A DNA stretch of 64,000 nt, from assembly GCF_011006175.1 (NCBI RefSeq), contig NZ_CP048795.1:1168491-1232490 (forward strand), written 5' to 3'. The notes under the pieces were generated by a model. The model was not told where the DNA came from. It searched no databases and saw only the letters and a program-made list of their open reading frames with translations. Origin of the DNA: Pampinifervens florentissimum. GTDB taxonomy: Bacteria > Aquificota > Aquificia > Aquificales > Aquificaceae. This document shows positions 46,630 to 56,400 of this stretch, in pieces; the stretch's first letter is position 1; the number at the start of each line of letters is the position of its first letter. A program made the translations under genes and the position numbers.

Positions 46630-47008
46630 CTCGGGAAAAACCACGCTTATAGAGGCACTCATACCCCAGCTTAAGGCAAAGGGTTTAAAGGTTGGATACC
46701 TCAAACATGACCCAAAAGCTCATGGCATAACCGATAAGGAAGGAAGTGACACAAACAGGGTTTTCAAAGTGGCGGACAAGGTAGGGCTTTTGTCTCCAAA
46801 GGGACTAACCCTATGGGAAAGGAGAGAGGATGACCCTTTAAAGGTGGTAGAAGAATACTTTTCAGACTTTGACATAGTCCTTTTGGAAGGCTGGAAGTCT
46901 CTAAAAGGCATAAAAAAGGTTGTCCTTGGAGGGCTTGATGTTGAGGGTTTGAAAGTGGAAGGTCTAAAGGACTTGCAAAAGGTTATAGATTATATATTGG
47001 AGGATTAA
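46595..47008 (+). CDS. mobB: Molybdopterin-guanine dinucleotide biosynthesis adapter MobB
   Basis: IVSIVGYHNSGKTTL P-loop. 137 aa. Confidence 0.8.
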   Translation: MPKIVSIVGYHNSGKTTLIEALIPQLKAKGLKVGYLKHDPKAHGITDKEGSDTNRVFKVADKVGLLSPKGLTLWERREDDPLKVVEEYFSDFDIVLLEGWKSLKGIKKVVLGGLDVEGLKVEGLKDLQKVIDYILED

Positions 47009-47009
47009 T

Positions 47010-47372
47010 ATGAGTTTGCTTTTCCTTTTGCTTTTGCTGGTAGCTTCTATTACGCACGCTGATGCCTTTACACAGGAAGACCGTGAAATGCTAAGAAGCA
47101 CCTACATAAGGGTGGAAAAACTTGAGACTAAAGTGGAAGTGGGTTTTCAACAAATTGAAAAAAGGTTTGAGCAGATAGACAAGAGGATAGAGCAGGTAGA
47201 TAAGAGAATTGATATGGTTATAACCTTTATGGCTATACTTGCGGGCACTTTTGCCACTATAACTGCGGTAACTATAGGCTTTGCCATATGGGATAGAAGG
47301 ACTATGATAAGACCCTTTGAAGATAAGGACAAAGAACTTGCGGAGCTTATGAAAAAGTATAACATGTTATAA
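47010..47372 (+). CDS. Small membrane protein: signal/TM segment, then coiled coil with EKRFEQIDKRIEQVDKRID heptads, then TM
   Basis: Hydrophobic N-terminus, repetitive coiled coil, C-terminal TM. XhlA/DUF1640-like shape. Confidence 0.4.
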   Translation: MSLLFLLLLLVASITHADAFTQEDREMLRSTYIRVEKLETKVEVGFQQIEKRFEQIDKRIEQVDKRIDMVITFMAILAGTFATITAVTIGFAIWDRRTMIRPFEDKDKELAELMKKYNML

Positions 47373-47386
47373 AAAGGAGGAGATAC

Positions 47387-47956
47387 ATGGTCTGTATAAC
47401 CCATCTTGAGCTATGTCCTTATTGCAAAAGGATAGCACTTAGGGTTTGTGAATATGAGGAGCCCTATCCAAGAGTGGAGGCGGAATGCCAATGCTGTGGC
47501 TACAAGGCTTATGATGTGCCTATGAGGCTGACACAGGAAGACTTTAGAAGCATATTGGACAAGCTGGGAAGAAAGCTCATAGGAGAGGTTTGCATAGATG
47601 ACCGGTGCGGTTCTACCAAGGTGATAAGGCTTATAAAGGAAGGTAGTTATGCGGAATACCGTTGCCTTGAGTGTGGCTCGGAGTGGAACAGCGATGAGGT
47701 GCAAAAAGCTATAGATAGGGTAAAAAAGGTGCAGGGTGGTTTAAGGAACGGAAACAGGCTTATGGAACTTCTTAAGGCTGGAGAAGGTGAATGCCCCCTC
47801 TGCGGATGGGACATAGGTCATATGCATGTGGGATATGCGGTCTCCATTGAATGCTTTGTCTGTGGCTATCATACAGATACAAGGGAGGTCCTACCTCAAG
47901 TAGACCCCTCAAGCCTTGAGTGTCCTGAGTATGAAAGGTCGGAGGAGACAGGTTGA
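47387..47956 (+). CDS. Cysteine-rich protein with multiple zinc-ribbon CxxC pairs
   Basis: CPYC, CQCC, CIDDRCG, CLECG, CPLCG, CFVCG. 189 aa. SD AAAAGGAGGAG upstream. Confidence 0.4.
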   Translation: MVCITHLELCPYCKRIALRVCEYEEPYPRVEAECQCCGYKAYDVPMRLTQEDFRSILDKLGRKLIGEVCIDDRCGSTKVIRLIKEGSYAEYRCLECGSEWNSDEVQKAIDRVKKVQGGLRNGNRLMELLKAGEGECPLCGWDIGHMHVGYAVSIECFVCGYHTDTREVLPQVDPSSLECPEYERSEETG

Positions 47957-48441
47957 GAGTTCCTCATCAGGAGTTTATAAGGTATGAAAACTGGAAGGAG
48001 CGGTTTCTAAAAGACTACGAACTTATAAGCTCAAGGGATGTGGACAGATTGGCACAAGAAATTTCCAGCCTGTATCCTCAAAGGGAGGAAAGGCTTCTCA
48101 AGGCCCTCATCTCCATGTATGTGGGAGGCTACGAAAAGAGGGTGGAAGACCCAGAGGTGCGTTATTGGACCAACTGGGCGGGAATAAAGACCTACAAGAC
48201 CTTCAATGGCTTTCCACAACTTTCAGATATAGAGCTTGCATTTGTCTTCTATGCCATGGGTAAGGTCTTTGTCCCTCTCCTTTTGCACGAAAGAGGTGTA
48301 AAGTCTGAAAGCTTTAAAAGCCTAAGCCCAGAAGACCAAGAGAAGGCGGTAAAAGAGGAGTTAGAGGTCGTATGGGAAAACCACCTCATAAGAGTTCTTC
48401 AAATACTGCCCTTTCTCGGACTTAGTTCCACAAGCATATAA
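47953..48441 (+). CDS. Hypothetical 162-aa protein
   Basis: ORF overlapping the previous stop (translational coupling). No domain recognised. Confidence 0.35.
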   Translation: MRVPHQEFIRYENWKERFLKDYELISSRDVDRLAQEISSLYPQREERLLKALISMYVGGYEKRVEDPEVRYWTNWAGIKTYKTFNGFPQLSDIELAFVFYAMGKVFVPLLLHERGVKSESFKSLSPEDQEKAVKEELEVVWENHLIRVLQILPFLGLSSTSI

Positions 48442-50123
48442 AAGCCATCTTTGCTTGGAAGAGCCCTGACACTCCAACCATGTAGCTCCGCTATATGCCT
48501 TACTATGGCAAGACCAAGACCCATACCCTGTGGGTTTTCCGAGTGGTATGGCATGAAAATGAGCTCTTCTTTTCCTTCCTCTATACCCACCCCATCGTCT
48601 TTGTAGATTATCATGTTCTCTTTTAACTCAACCCACACCCTCTTTGCACCCCACTCAAGGCTGTTGTTAAAAAGATTGAAGAACATGTCCCTTAATAGCC
48701 TCTCGTCACCTGCCACCTTCAAAGAGCCATATACCTCTATGGAAAGACCCTCATAGAGCCTTGAGACCTGCCTGAGCAACTCTCCCAAGTCCACATCCTT
48801 AAACTGAGGCTCTGTATCTATGGAGAGACTTCTAAACTGGTCAATGGTCTTCTTGACCCTTTGAATCTCTTGGAGCATAAGCTCAGCCATCTGTGCCACA
48901 CGCTCCATATCGCACTGACCCCTTTGCAGAGACCTTATAAGCCTTTCAAGGTTTAGACTTATGGGTGTGAGAGGGTTTTTTATTTCATGGGCTATTCTCT
49001 TTACCGCCATCTGCCAAGTTTTAAAGCGTTCCGCAAGAATAACCGCCTCAAGGTCTTCGTAAACCACGACCTTTCCAAGCTCAAGCTCAATAAGGCTTTG
49101 TCTTACGTTGCTTTTCTTTGCAAGCTCCTCGTAGGTTTTGTTATGAAACCTTTCCCCATCCTTTGATATAAACACTATACCCACAGGTAGGGCATCAAAG
49201 AGGGTCAAAAGAATTTCCTTTTCCTTGTTTAGCCTTTGGTATAACGCCTTTAACTCCTCTTTCATCCTTAGAAAACTGCTTGCAAGTTCTTGCACCTCGT
49301 CTCCCGTTTGAGGCACTTCTACATGAACTTCAAAGTTCCCCTTTGCTAACTCGCCAGCCTTTTGTGAAAGCCTTTCAAGAGGTAGGCTAATGTATCTTGC
49401 AACGAGATTGCCAAACCATACCGCAGAAAGAAAGGAAACAAAACCCGCAAGCACTATAAAGTATATGTATATGCCACCTATTATGTCCCTTGCCTTTACC
49501 ATATTCCTTAACTCACCTGCGGTCTGGTATATGTAATTGACTAAGGAGTTAACTTCTGAATCCCTTCTTATACTTACACTGTAGCCATCAATACACAACA
49601 CAGCCATTTCTTCCTCAAGGCTTTCCTCGCAGTTTGGATTTTTGATAACCCTAACACCCTCCAAGGCTTCAAGCACCTGAGGTTCCACACCCTTTTCCTT
49701 TAAAAGCTCTGCAATTTTCCTATAGTCCTCTATTTTCTTCTTCTCCTCCTCCTCTATGAGAAGTTTTAGACTTTCTGACCTTCTTGCCACCTCCTTTAAC
49801 TGCCCGCTCACAAAGGACTTGGTGGATTGCAGGAGTATAATGGAGGTTGCTACGTTAAGAAATATAAGAGGCGTTATAATGTAGAGCAAAAGGCCTGTGG
49901 ATAGCTTACGCCTTAGTGGACCCTTTCTACCAGTGAGGTATGTTTTTATAAACTTTCTAAAAAATATAACAAAGACCACAAAGAGGATAAGAAGGTCAAG
50001 GTTTATAACCAAAAGCACAAGTGGATAGCTTATACCCCATATTTGTCTGAGGTTGTCTAAAAAGGCTATGTTTATGAGGATAAAGACAGAGAGAAAAAGG
50101 AAAAAGGCAAGGTAAAGCCTCAA
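48399..50123 (-). CDS. Membrane sensor histidine kinase (PhoR-like). No adjacent response regulator.
   Basis: Two N-terminal TM helices, HAMP-like linker, H-box HEIKNPLTPI, N/G1/G2 boxes. Confidence 0.85.
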   Translation of the reverse strand: MRLYLAFFLFLSVFILINIAFLDNLRQIWGISYPLVLLVINLDLLILFVVFVIFFRKFIKTYLTGRKGPLRRKLSTGLLLYIITPLIFLNVATSIILLQSTKSFVSGQLKEVARRSESLKLLIEEEEKKKIEDYRKIAELLKEKGVEPQVLEALEGVRVIKNPNCEESLEEEMAVLCIDGYSVSIRRDSEVNSLVNYIYQTAGELRNMVKARDIIGGIYIYFIVLAGFVSFLSAVWFGNLVARYISLPLERLSQKAGELAKGNFEVHVEVPQTGDEVQELASSFLRMKEELKALYQRLNKEKEILLTLFDALPVGIVFISKDGERFHNKTYEELAKKSNVRQSLIELELGKVVVYEDLEAVILAERFKTWQMAVKRIAHEIKNPLTPISLNLERLIRSLQRGQCDMERVAQMAELMLQEIQRVKKTIDQFRSLSIDTEPQFKDVDLGELLRQVSRLYEGLSIEVYGSLKVAGDERLLRDMFFNLFNNSLEWGAKRVWVELKENMIIYKDDGVGIEEGKEELIFMPYHSENPQGMGLGLAIVRHIAELHGWSVRALPSKDGFYMLVELSPRKGSI

Positions 50124-50791
50124 TGCATTTCCTTCTCCTTAATGTGCTGGTGCTTTACCACCTCTCCCTCAGACCAGTATATGGTCATCTCCGCTATGTT
50201 CTCCGCATGGTCCGCCATCCTTTCAAAGTGCCTCGCTATAAAGGAGAGGTGCATAGACCTCTTTATGTTTCTCGGGTCTTCAAGCATGTAGGTGATAAGT
50301 TCCCTTTGCACTTGATGGTATAGCTCATCTACCATATCATCCCTTTCTATGACCTTTTTGGCAAGGCTTATGTCCCTTTGGAAAAAGGACAGCACCGCAT
50401 CCTCTATCATGCTTTTCACATTTGCAGCCATAAGGGTTAGGTTTACATAGGGTTTTAATGGTGGCTCTTGTGCCAAAAGTATAGACCTTTCCGCTATGTT
50501 CTCCGCCTCGTCCGCAATCCTTTCAAGGTCAGACACTATCTTGTATATACCCATTATGAGCCTTAGATCTACCGCCTCTGGCTGATATAGGGCTATCATC
50601 CTTATACACCTTCTCTCTATCTCCACCTCCATCTGGTCAATCTGGTCATCTCCCTTTATGACCTCCTCCGCAAGCTCCACGCTTTGCTTGTTTAGAGACT
50701 CTATCGCCTTGTCCACAGCCTCCTTGACAAGACCTGCCATCTTTAAAACAAGGTTCTTTGTCTCCTCAAGCTCCTGAAAAAGTTTCATCAT
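50120..50791 (-). CDS. phoU: PhoU-family regulatory protein
   Basis: Two PhoU repeats with E(D)xxxD motifs (LERIADEAENIAER, FERMADHAENIAEM). Confidence 0.85.
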   Translation of the reverse strand: MMKLFQELEETKNLVLKMAGLVKEAVDKAIESLNKQSVELAEEVIKGDDQIDQMEVEIERRCIRMIALYQPEAVDLRLIMGIYKIVSDLERIADEAENIAERSILLAQEPPLKPYVNLTLMAANVKSMIEDAVLSFFQRDISLAKKVIERDDMVDELYHQVQRELITYMLEDPRNIKRSMHLSFIARHFERMADHAENIAEMTIYWSEGEVVKHQHIKEKEMH

Positions 50792-50839
50792 GACCCTCCA
50801 TTAATTATAGTATTTTAATGACCTTTTGTTAAGATTTTG

Positions 50840-51625
50840 TTAAAGGCTTTCTTTGTCTACTCTCATCTCCACAAGTTTACCCTCAAGTTTAAGGGTAAGT
50901 ATGACCTCTCTGTGGTTTTCTCTTTTGCTTACAAGGGTTGCCTGAGCGTCCGCTAATATCCTTTGAGGTTCACCCTCTTCCACTATCTTTCCTTTGTGTA
51001 TTTTTATCACCCTGTCTGCGAGCCTTAGGGTTTCTTCCTTGTCATGGCTCACCATTAAAGCGGGTATTGATGCATTTCTTTGGAAGTTCCTTAGCTCTTT
51101 TTGAAGTTCAAGCCTTAGTTCTGGGTCAAGGGCAGAAAGAGGTTCATCAAGCAGTAAAACCTTTGGCTCTTTTGCAAGGGCTCTCAAAAGGGCTACCCTT
51201 TGCTTTTGACCTCCAGAGAGCTTGTCAGGTTTTTTGTCCTTTAGACCCTCCAAGCCAGCCATCCTGAGAAGTTCTATAGCTCCGTCTTTGTCCTTTTTTC
51301 TCATTCCATACATAACATTTTCAAGCACCGTCATGTTGGGAAAAAGGGCATAGTCCTGAAAGACAAAGCCCACGTTCCTCCTTTGAGGTGGCAGGTTTAT
51401 CCTTCTCTTTGAGTCAAACCAAACCTCTCCATCTACCTCTATATAACCCTCTTCTGGTGTTTCAAGCCCTGCTATACATCTCAAAAGGGTTGTCTTTCCA
51501 CTACCAGACTGTCCAAGAATAACGAGAAATTCCGTGCCTTTTACTTCAAGCTCTGCGTCAAGCCAAAAATCTCCATCAAAGCCATGCAGGAGCTTTTTTA
51601 CCCTTGCTCTTATCACAGGCTCCAC
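50840..51625 (-). CDS. modC: Molybdate/tungstate ABC transporter ATP-binding protein
   Basis: GQSGSGKTT, LSGGQKQRVALLRAL, LLLDEPLSALD. Short C-terminal TOBE-like tail. Confidence 0.75.
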   Translation of the reverse strand: MEPVIRARVKKLLHGFDGDFWLDAELEVKGTEFLVILGQSGSGKTTLLRCIAGLETPEEGYIEVDGEVWFDSKRRINLPPQRRNVGFVFQDYALFPNMTVLENVMYGMRKKDKDGAIELLRMAGLEGLKDKKPDKLSGGQKQRVALLRALAKEPKVLLLDEPLSALDPELRLELQKELRNFQRNASIPALMVSHDKEETLRLADRVIKIHKGKIVEEGEPQRILADAQATLVSKRENHREVILTLKLEGKLVEMRVDKESL

Positions 51626-52284
51626 CTCCTGTTAATGGCGTATAGCATGGCAAGGCTTATAAAGGAAGCTACGAAAAGAAGACCTGCATAAACGTGTGCG
51701 GTCTTGTAGTCTATGGCTTCCACCGCATCGTATATGGCTATGGATACCACACGGGTTTGTCCCTCTATGTTTCCACCTACCATCAAAACCACACCAAACT
51801 CTCCTATGGTGTGGGCAAAGGATAACACTATGCCAGTAAGCACAGAAGCCTTCATGTTGGGAAGTATCACTCTAAAGAGGGTCTGAACTTTTGACTTTCC
51901 AAGAGTCCAGCTGGCTTCTATGATGTTTCTCGGCACGCTTCTAAAGCCAGAGGTAAGTGGATGCACCATCATAGGCAGGCTGTATATGACAGAGGCTATA
52001 ACTATACCCTCAAAGTGGAATACAAGCTGATAGTCAAACAGCCTATACCATACAGAGCCTATAATGCCGTTTTTACTCAAAAGCAGTAGAAGGTAAAAGC
52101 CCAAAACTGTTGGTGGCAGGACAAGAGGAAGGGTAGCCAGAGCTTCTATAACAAGCCCCAGCTTGCTTTTTGTGTAAGCGAGGTAGTAGGAGAGTGGAAC
52201 GCCTATTATAAGTAGTAATATGGTGGTCCATATGGAAAGTTTTACCGTAAGCCATATGGGAACTGGGTTTATCTCCGCCATCAT
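51613..52284 (-). CDS. modB: Molybdate ABC transporter permease
   Basis: 5-6 TM helices. EAA-like loop EASWTLGKSKVQTLFRVILP. Confidence 0.75.
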   Translation of the reverse strand: MMAEINPVPIWLTVKLSIWTTILLLIIGVPLSYYLAYTKSKLGLVIEALATLPLVLPPTVLGFYLLLLLSKNGIIGSVWYRLFDYQLVFHFEGIVIASVIYSLPMMVHPLTSGFRSVPRNIIEASWTLGKSKVQTLFRVILPNMKASVLTGIVLSFAHTIGEFGVVLMVGGNIEGQTRVVSIAIYDAVEAIDYKTAHVYAGLLFVASFISLAMLYAINRRWSL

Positions 52285-53039
52285 TTTACTTCACCTGGCA
52301 AGACAAAGCCGTATTTGACGAATATTCTTCTTGCCTCTGGAGAGCCTATAAAGTCGTAGAATCTCCTTGCGTTTTTAACCTTGCCTCCCTCCTTTGTAAT
52401 GCCGTAGCCTTGTTCAAGCCTTTCGTGCTTATCCTCTGGAATTAGCCAGTATTTACCTCTTGCCTGCAGTTCAGGAGCAAGTGCCAATGATAGTGCTATT
52501 ATCCCAATGTCTGCCGCACCTGAGTATACAAAGCTGGCGGTCTGAGATATGTTTTCTCCAAGCACAAACTTGTTCTTTACCCTATCAAACACACCATAAG
52601 CCTCAAGAGCTTCCTTTGCTGCCCTTCCGTAGGGTGCATGCTCCCAGTTGGCTATGGCTATCTTCCTAACTTTCGGGTCAAGTAGCACTTCTGGAAACTT
52701 AGAGGGGTCAAGAGGAGAGTCCTTTGTGGTCCAAACCACTATCCTACCGATGGCGTATAGCTTTGGTTCCGTTATTATATGTCCTTCTTTGTAGAGCTCT
52801 TCCACATACTTCATGTTGGCAGAAAAGTAGATGTGAAAGGGTGCACCAGCTCTAACCTGTGCGTAGCCCTTTCCAGAGGAGCCAAATACAAGCTCCACTT
52901 TGTCCTCTGGATACTTTTTCATATAAAGGTCTGCGACCTCTTTTAGGGCATACTGCAGGTCCGCTGCTGCAAAGACCCTTATGAGCTCCGCATGAGCAAG
53001 GCTAAAAAGCCCAAGAAGTAGGAAAAGCAGTGTCCTCAT
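52281..53039 (-). CDS. modA: Molybdate-binding periplasmic protein
   Basis: Signal peptide. VFAAADL…VFGSSGK…AGAPFHIYFSA collinear with E. coli ModA (VFAAASL…SSFASSS…AGAPADLFISA). Confidence 0.8.
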   Translation of the reverse strand: MRTLLFLLLGLFSLAHAELIRVFAAADLQYALKEVADLYMKKYPEDKVELVFGSSGKGYAQVRAGAPFHIYFSANMKYVEELYKEGHIITEPKLYAIGRIVVWTTKDSPLDPSKFPEVLLDPKVRKIAIANWEHAPYGRAAKEALEAYGVFDRVKNKFVLGENISQTASFVYSGAADIGIIALSLALAPELQARGKYWLIPEDKHERLEQGYGITKEGGKVKNARRFYDFIGSPEARRIFVKYGFVLPGEVK

Positions 53040-54022
53040 AGTAAAACCTCCTCAAGGGATTTTTTTTCATAACCCGGTAGGTAAGAAAGTAAGCGTGTGT
53101 GTCTTTTGCCTTTGAGAAAGTCAACAACTCTAAGAAAGTTTCTGTCTTCTTCTAAATCCGCTTTGTAGCAGAGGCAGTAATCCTCCCACTTTACACCCAA
53201 GAAGCTAAGTCCATACTCAAGGGCATAGGCTTTTGTGGTAATCCCCACATCACCAAAGCCTTCCATTAGGCTAAAGGCTATCTTTTCATGACCTCCAGAG
53301 ACAACTCTGAAGTTTTCTATTGCCATGTCCTTTCTTAACTCTTCAAAGACCTTCCTTGCACCGCTTCCTTCCTCTCTTGCAAGCCAAAGTTTGCTCTTTA
53401 ACTCCTGAAGAGAATACTTTTCTCTAACCGCTATACCTTCTTCCCAAGAGAAGAGCTTTACAACCTTATATCCTCTACCAAGAAAACTTCTTGCCAGCCT
53501 TATGTTCTCTTCAAAACTTCCCATGTGGACACCTGCCATATGAATAAAACCATCTTTGAGAAGCTCAAGAGCCTTCTTGCTTGGAAGGTTTATAACCAAG
53601 AGCCTTATTCCCTCTTCTCTGAGGGCTTTTGAGAGGAGTTTAAAGGAAGGGTCGCAACCCGCAAAGGTGTATGTGGGTAGAGTTTGTCTATTGAACCACT
53701 CCGCTTTGCCTTCTTTGAAATAGCCCTCTGGGCAGTCTTCCGCCTCTGACAGGTTTATTGGAAAGAGAACTCTCCTCTCACTTACCTGATAACTAACAAA
53801 AAGCCCTTCCTTAAAGCCCAAAAAGGGGACAAACTCTTCCTCTCCAAAAAGTTCCTCTACCGTGCATCTTAGAGCCTTGGCAAGCCTTAGAGCATAGTCT
53901 ACAGAGGGTGTAGCCTTTCCAGACTCTATGGCACTTATGGTAGTCCTTGGAATGTTTGTTATCTTAGATAGCTCCTCCTGAGACAAGCCAAGCCTTTGAC
54001 GCAGTTCTTTGACCCTGTGCAT
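53036..54022 (-). CDS. XRE-family HTH regulator fused to a periplasmic-binding-protein-like (ModA-like) sensor domain. Likely molybdate-responsive regulator of modABC.
   Basis: N-terminal HTH_XRE (LRQRLGLSQEELSKITNIPRTTISAIESGK). ~250-aa C-terminal PBP-like domain. Heads the mod operon. Confidence 0.65.
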   Translation of the reverse strand: MHRVKELRQRLGLSQEELSKITNIPRTTISAIESGKATPSVDYALRLAKALRCTVEELFGEEEFVPFLGFKEGLFVSYQVSERRVLFPINLSEAEDCPEGYFKEGKAEWFNRQTLPTYTFAGCDPSFKLLSKALREEGIRLLVINLPSKKALELLKDGFIHMAGVHMGSFEENIRLARSFLGRGYKVVKLFSWEEGIAVREKYSLQELKSKLWLAREEGSGARKVFEELRKDMAIENFRVVSGGHEKIAFSLMEGFGDVGITTKAYALEYGLSFLGVKWEDYCLCYKADLEEDRNFLRVVDFLKGKRHTRLLSYLPGYEKKSLEEVLL

Positions 54023-54063
54023 GACAATAAATTGTATCTTAATGACAAAAAATTGTCAAGAGG

Positions 54064-54855
54064 TTAGTGCCTCCAGACCTTGTAGGCGGATATGAGTAGG
54101 ATTAGCACGAGCAAAATTCTTAGCAGGCTTTCAGGGGCTATACCCAATAGAAGGCTTCCACCCACATAACTGCCTGCCATTGAGCCAAGAACCATAAAAA
54201 GCACAAAGCTATGGTTTTCCTTAAGGACAAGGAAGCTCTTATCTCTGCTGTATCTGGCAAAGGCGGATATCATAGTGGGCATGCTAACCATAAGGGATAG
54301 GCTTCCTGCCAGTTTTAGGTCAAAGCCATAGAGGAGAACAAAGGTGGGTATGAGAAGCTCACCACCTGCCACCCCCATAAGTGCTGCTACAACACCTATG
54401 AAAAAGCCTGCAAACAATGCCAAGAAGATAAGGAGATAGCCATGGGGTTTTGGCAAAGCGTTGTTTAAAATATAGCCTTCCACAAAGAGGACGAGGGCAA
54501 TAAAAAGGAGAAGGAGTGCGATGGTTTTTTGGAGGGTCTTTGAGTGCACCTTTGTTGCCCAGTCCGCAGCAACCCATGCACCAATAATACTTCCTGCCAA
54601 AAGATTAAGCACAGCAGACCAATACCCTAAGAGAGTCTGAAGGGGGATAACTTCAAGCCTTGAGAAGAAACTTGAGGACACCACCACAAGACTTATGGCT
54701 TTGTTTATTATCACCGCCTGAAGGGGCAAAAAATGAAAGAGGCTAAGAAGGAAGGGAAGTCTGAACTCCGCACCACCGAGCCCAATTAGACCACCAAGCA
54801 GAGCCACGAAAAAACCCACAAGAAAGGAAAGGATGTTCCTCTTCATTCTCCACAT
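54064..54855 (-). CDS. TauE/SafE-family sulfite/anion exporter membrane protein
   Basis: 8 TM helices with internal duplication, G-rich TM motifs. Confidence 0.7.
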   Translation of the reverse strand: MWRMKRNILSFLVGFFVALLGGLIGLGGAEFRLPFLLSLFHFLPLQAVIINKAISLVVVSSSFFSRLEVIPLQTLLGYWSAVLNLLAGSIIGAWVAADWATKVHSKTLQKTIALLLLFIALVLFVEGYILNNALPKPHGYLLIFLALFAGFFIGVVAALMGVAGGELLIPTFVLLYGFDLKLAGSLSLMVSMPTMISAFARYSRDKSFLVLKENHSFVLFMVLGSMAGSYVGGSLLLGIAPESLLRILLVLILLISAYKVWRH

Positions 54856-55496
54856 CTTAGCACAAGGGCTTGAACTTCTACAACTCCATCTTTGAGCATA
54901 TCTAAATCCCTTGCAGCGGAATAGGAAAGGTCAAGGACTCTTCCAGGCTTTAGTGGACCTCTGTCTATGACCTTTACGACCACTTCTCTACCGTTCTTGA
55001 GGTTTTTTACCCTAAGGAGGCTTCCCAGTGGCAAGTCTGGGCTTGCGACATAGTAGCCATGCATGTCATACCTAATTCCATAGGTGGTTTCTCTACCATG
55101 GTAGGCTTCTGCGTAATAACTGGCAAGACCTTTTATCCTTGCAGGGCATGTTCTTCTGTCATCTACTCCGCATCTTTGAATTTCAAGCCTTGCTGGGAAG
55201 GGTGCATCTCCGAGAATATTTTTAAATCTCTCAGGAACACATATGCCTTTTATGTCTTCTCTTCTGAAAACCGCTATAGTTATGCTTTTGCCAGTGGCTG
55301 TGTTAACTACCCTTACTCTGCTTCCGCTTTGAACCAAATTGCTGTATGCTCTATCTCCTGTGCAGTAAAAGCCTTCAGTCCACAATACCTCAGGGCAGTT
55401 AACCCTTAGCTCACCACTCATTCCTGTAGACCTATCCTGCACCACCACAGAACAGGAAGAGATAAGAAGTAAAAGAACGAGTAAGAGTATTTTCAT
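54843..55496 (-). CDS. rlpA: RlpA-like lipoprotein with double-psi beta-barrel
   Basis: Lipobox LLISSC. DPBB core ASYYAEAYHGRETTYG…GSLLRVKNLKNGREVVVKVIDRGP…GRVLDLSYSAARDL. Confidence 0.75.
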   Translation of the reverse strand: MKILLLVLLLLISSCSVVVQDRSTGMSGELRVNCPEVLWTEGFYCTGDRAYSNLVQSGSRVRVVNTATGKSITIAVFRREDIKGICVPERFKNILGDAPFPARLEIQRCGVDDRRTCPARIKGLASYYAEAYHGRETTYGIRYDMHGYYVASPDLPLGSLLRVKNLKNGREVVVKVIDRGPLKPGRVLDLSYSAARDLDMLKDGVVEVQALVLRCGE

Positions 55497-56383
55497 AGCC
55501 TTCTGAATATGATAGACAAAATTAGTCCGTTGAGGTTTTGCATAAGGCTAAAAAAGGCACCGGGAAGGGCGGACTCTGGAGGGAAGTATCTGAGGGCGAG
55601 GACTGTAGCCAAGCCAGAGTTTTGCATCCCCACCTCTATGGAAAGGGTTTTGGCATAAGTTCTGTCAAAACCTACCACTTTTGCAAAGATGTATCCAAGA
55701 AGAAAACCCAAAAGATTGTGAAGCAGGACGAGTATAAAAACTTGCATAGAAAGCTCCTTGAGCCTCTCTGAATTGACAGCAAAGACGGTGGCGATTATAA
55801 CTCCTATAAAGAACACCGCAAGGTATGGTAGTAGGGTCTCAAGATGCCTAATCCTTGGGAAAACCCTTCTTATAAGGATACCTGCCACAACTGGTAAGAG
55901 GACTATTAAGAGAAGGTCTAAGACCATGGAAGCTAACGGCAGGTCAACCCTCTTGCCTATAAGCGTATAGGTAAGAAGGGGTGTCATTAGGGGAGAAAGG
56001 AGAGTAGAAAAGGTTGTCATGCTCACAGAATAGGCAAGGTTTCCACCCGAGAGGTAGGTTATTACATTAGAAGCGGTGCCGCCGGGAGCAGAACCAACCA
56101 AAACAGAGCCATACATAATCTTCTCATCAACTCTGATTAAAATAGCAAGGATGTATCCTAACAAGGGCATTATGGTAAACTGCAAAAGCCCAGCGTATAT
56201 TATTCTCAAGGGCTTTCTAAACACCTCGTAGAACTCCTCACCTCTTAGTGTTAAACCCATGCTTAGCATAATAAGGGCGAGAAGATATGGAATAGCTGGC
56301 TTTAGCTGTGAGAAGAGCTCCTTTACATAAAACCCTAATAGGCTAAAGGTAATTAGCACACCCAAAGTTATAACCGCCTGCAT
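55493..56383 (-). CDS. Bile acid:sodium symporter (BASS) family transporter
   Basis: GLLQFTIMPLLGY…GSAPGGTASNVITYLSGGN motifs. Confidence 0.75.
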   Translation of the reverse strand: MQAVITLGVLITFSLLGFYVKELFSQLKPAIPYLLALIMLSMGLTLRGEEFYEVFRKPLRIIYAGLLQFTIMPLLGYILAILIRVDEKIMYGSVLVGSAPGGTASNVITYLSGGNLAYSVSMTTFSTLLSPLMTPLLTYTLIGKRVDLPLASMVLDLLLIVLLPVVAGILIRRVFPRIRHLETLLPYLAVFFIGVIIATVFAVNSERLKELSMQVFILVLLHNLLGFLLGYIFAKVVGFDRTYAKTLSIEVGMQNSGLATVLALRYFPPESALPGAFFSLMQNLNGLILSIIFRRL

Positions 56384-56400
56384 ACTGCTATAATATACCC

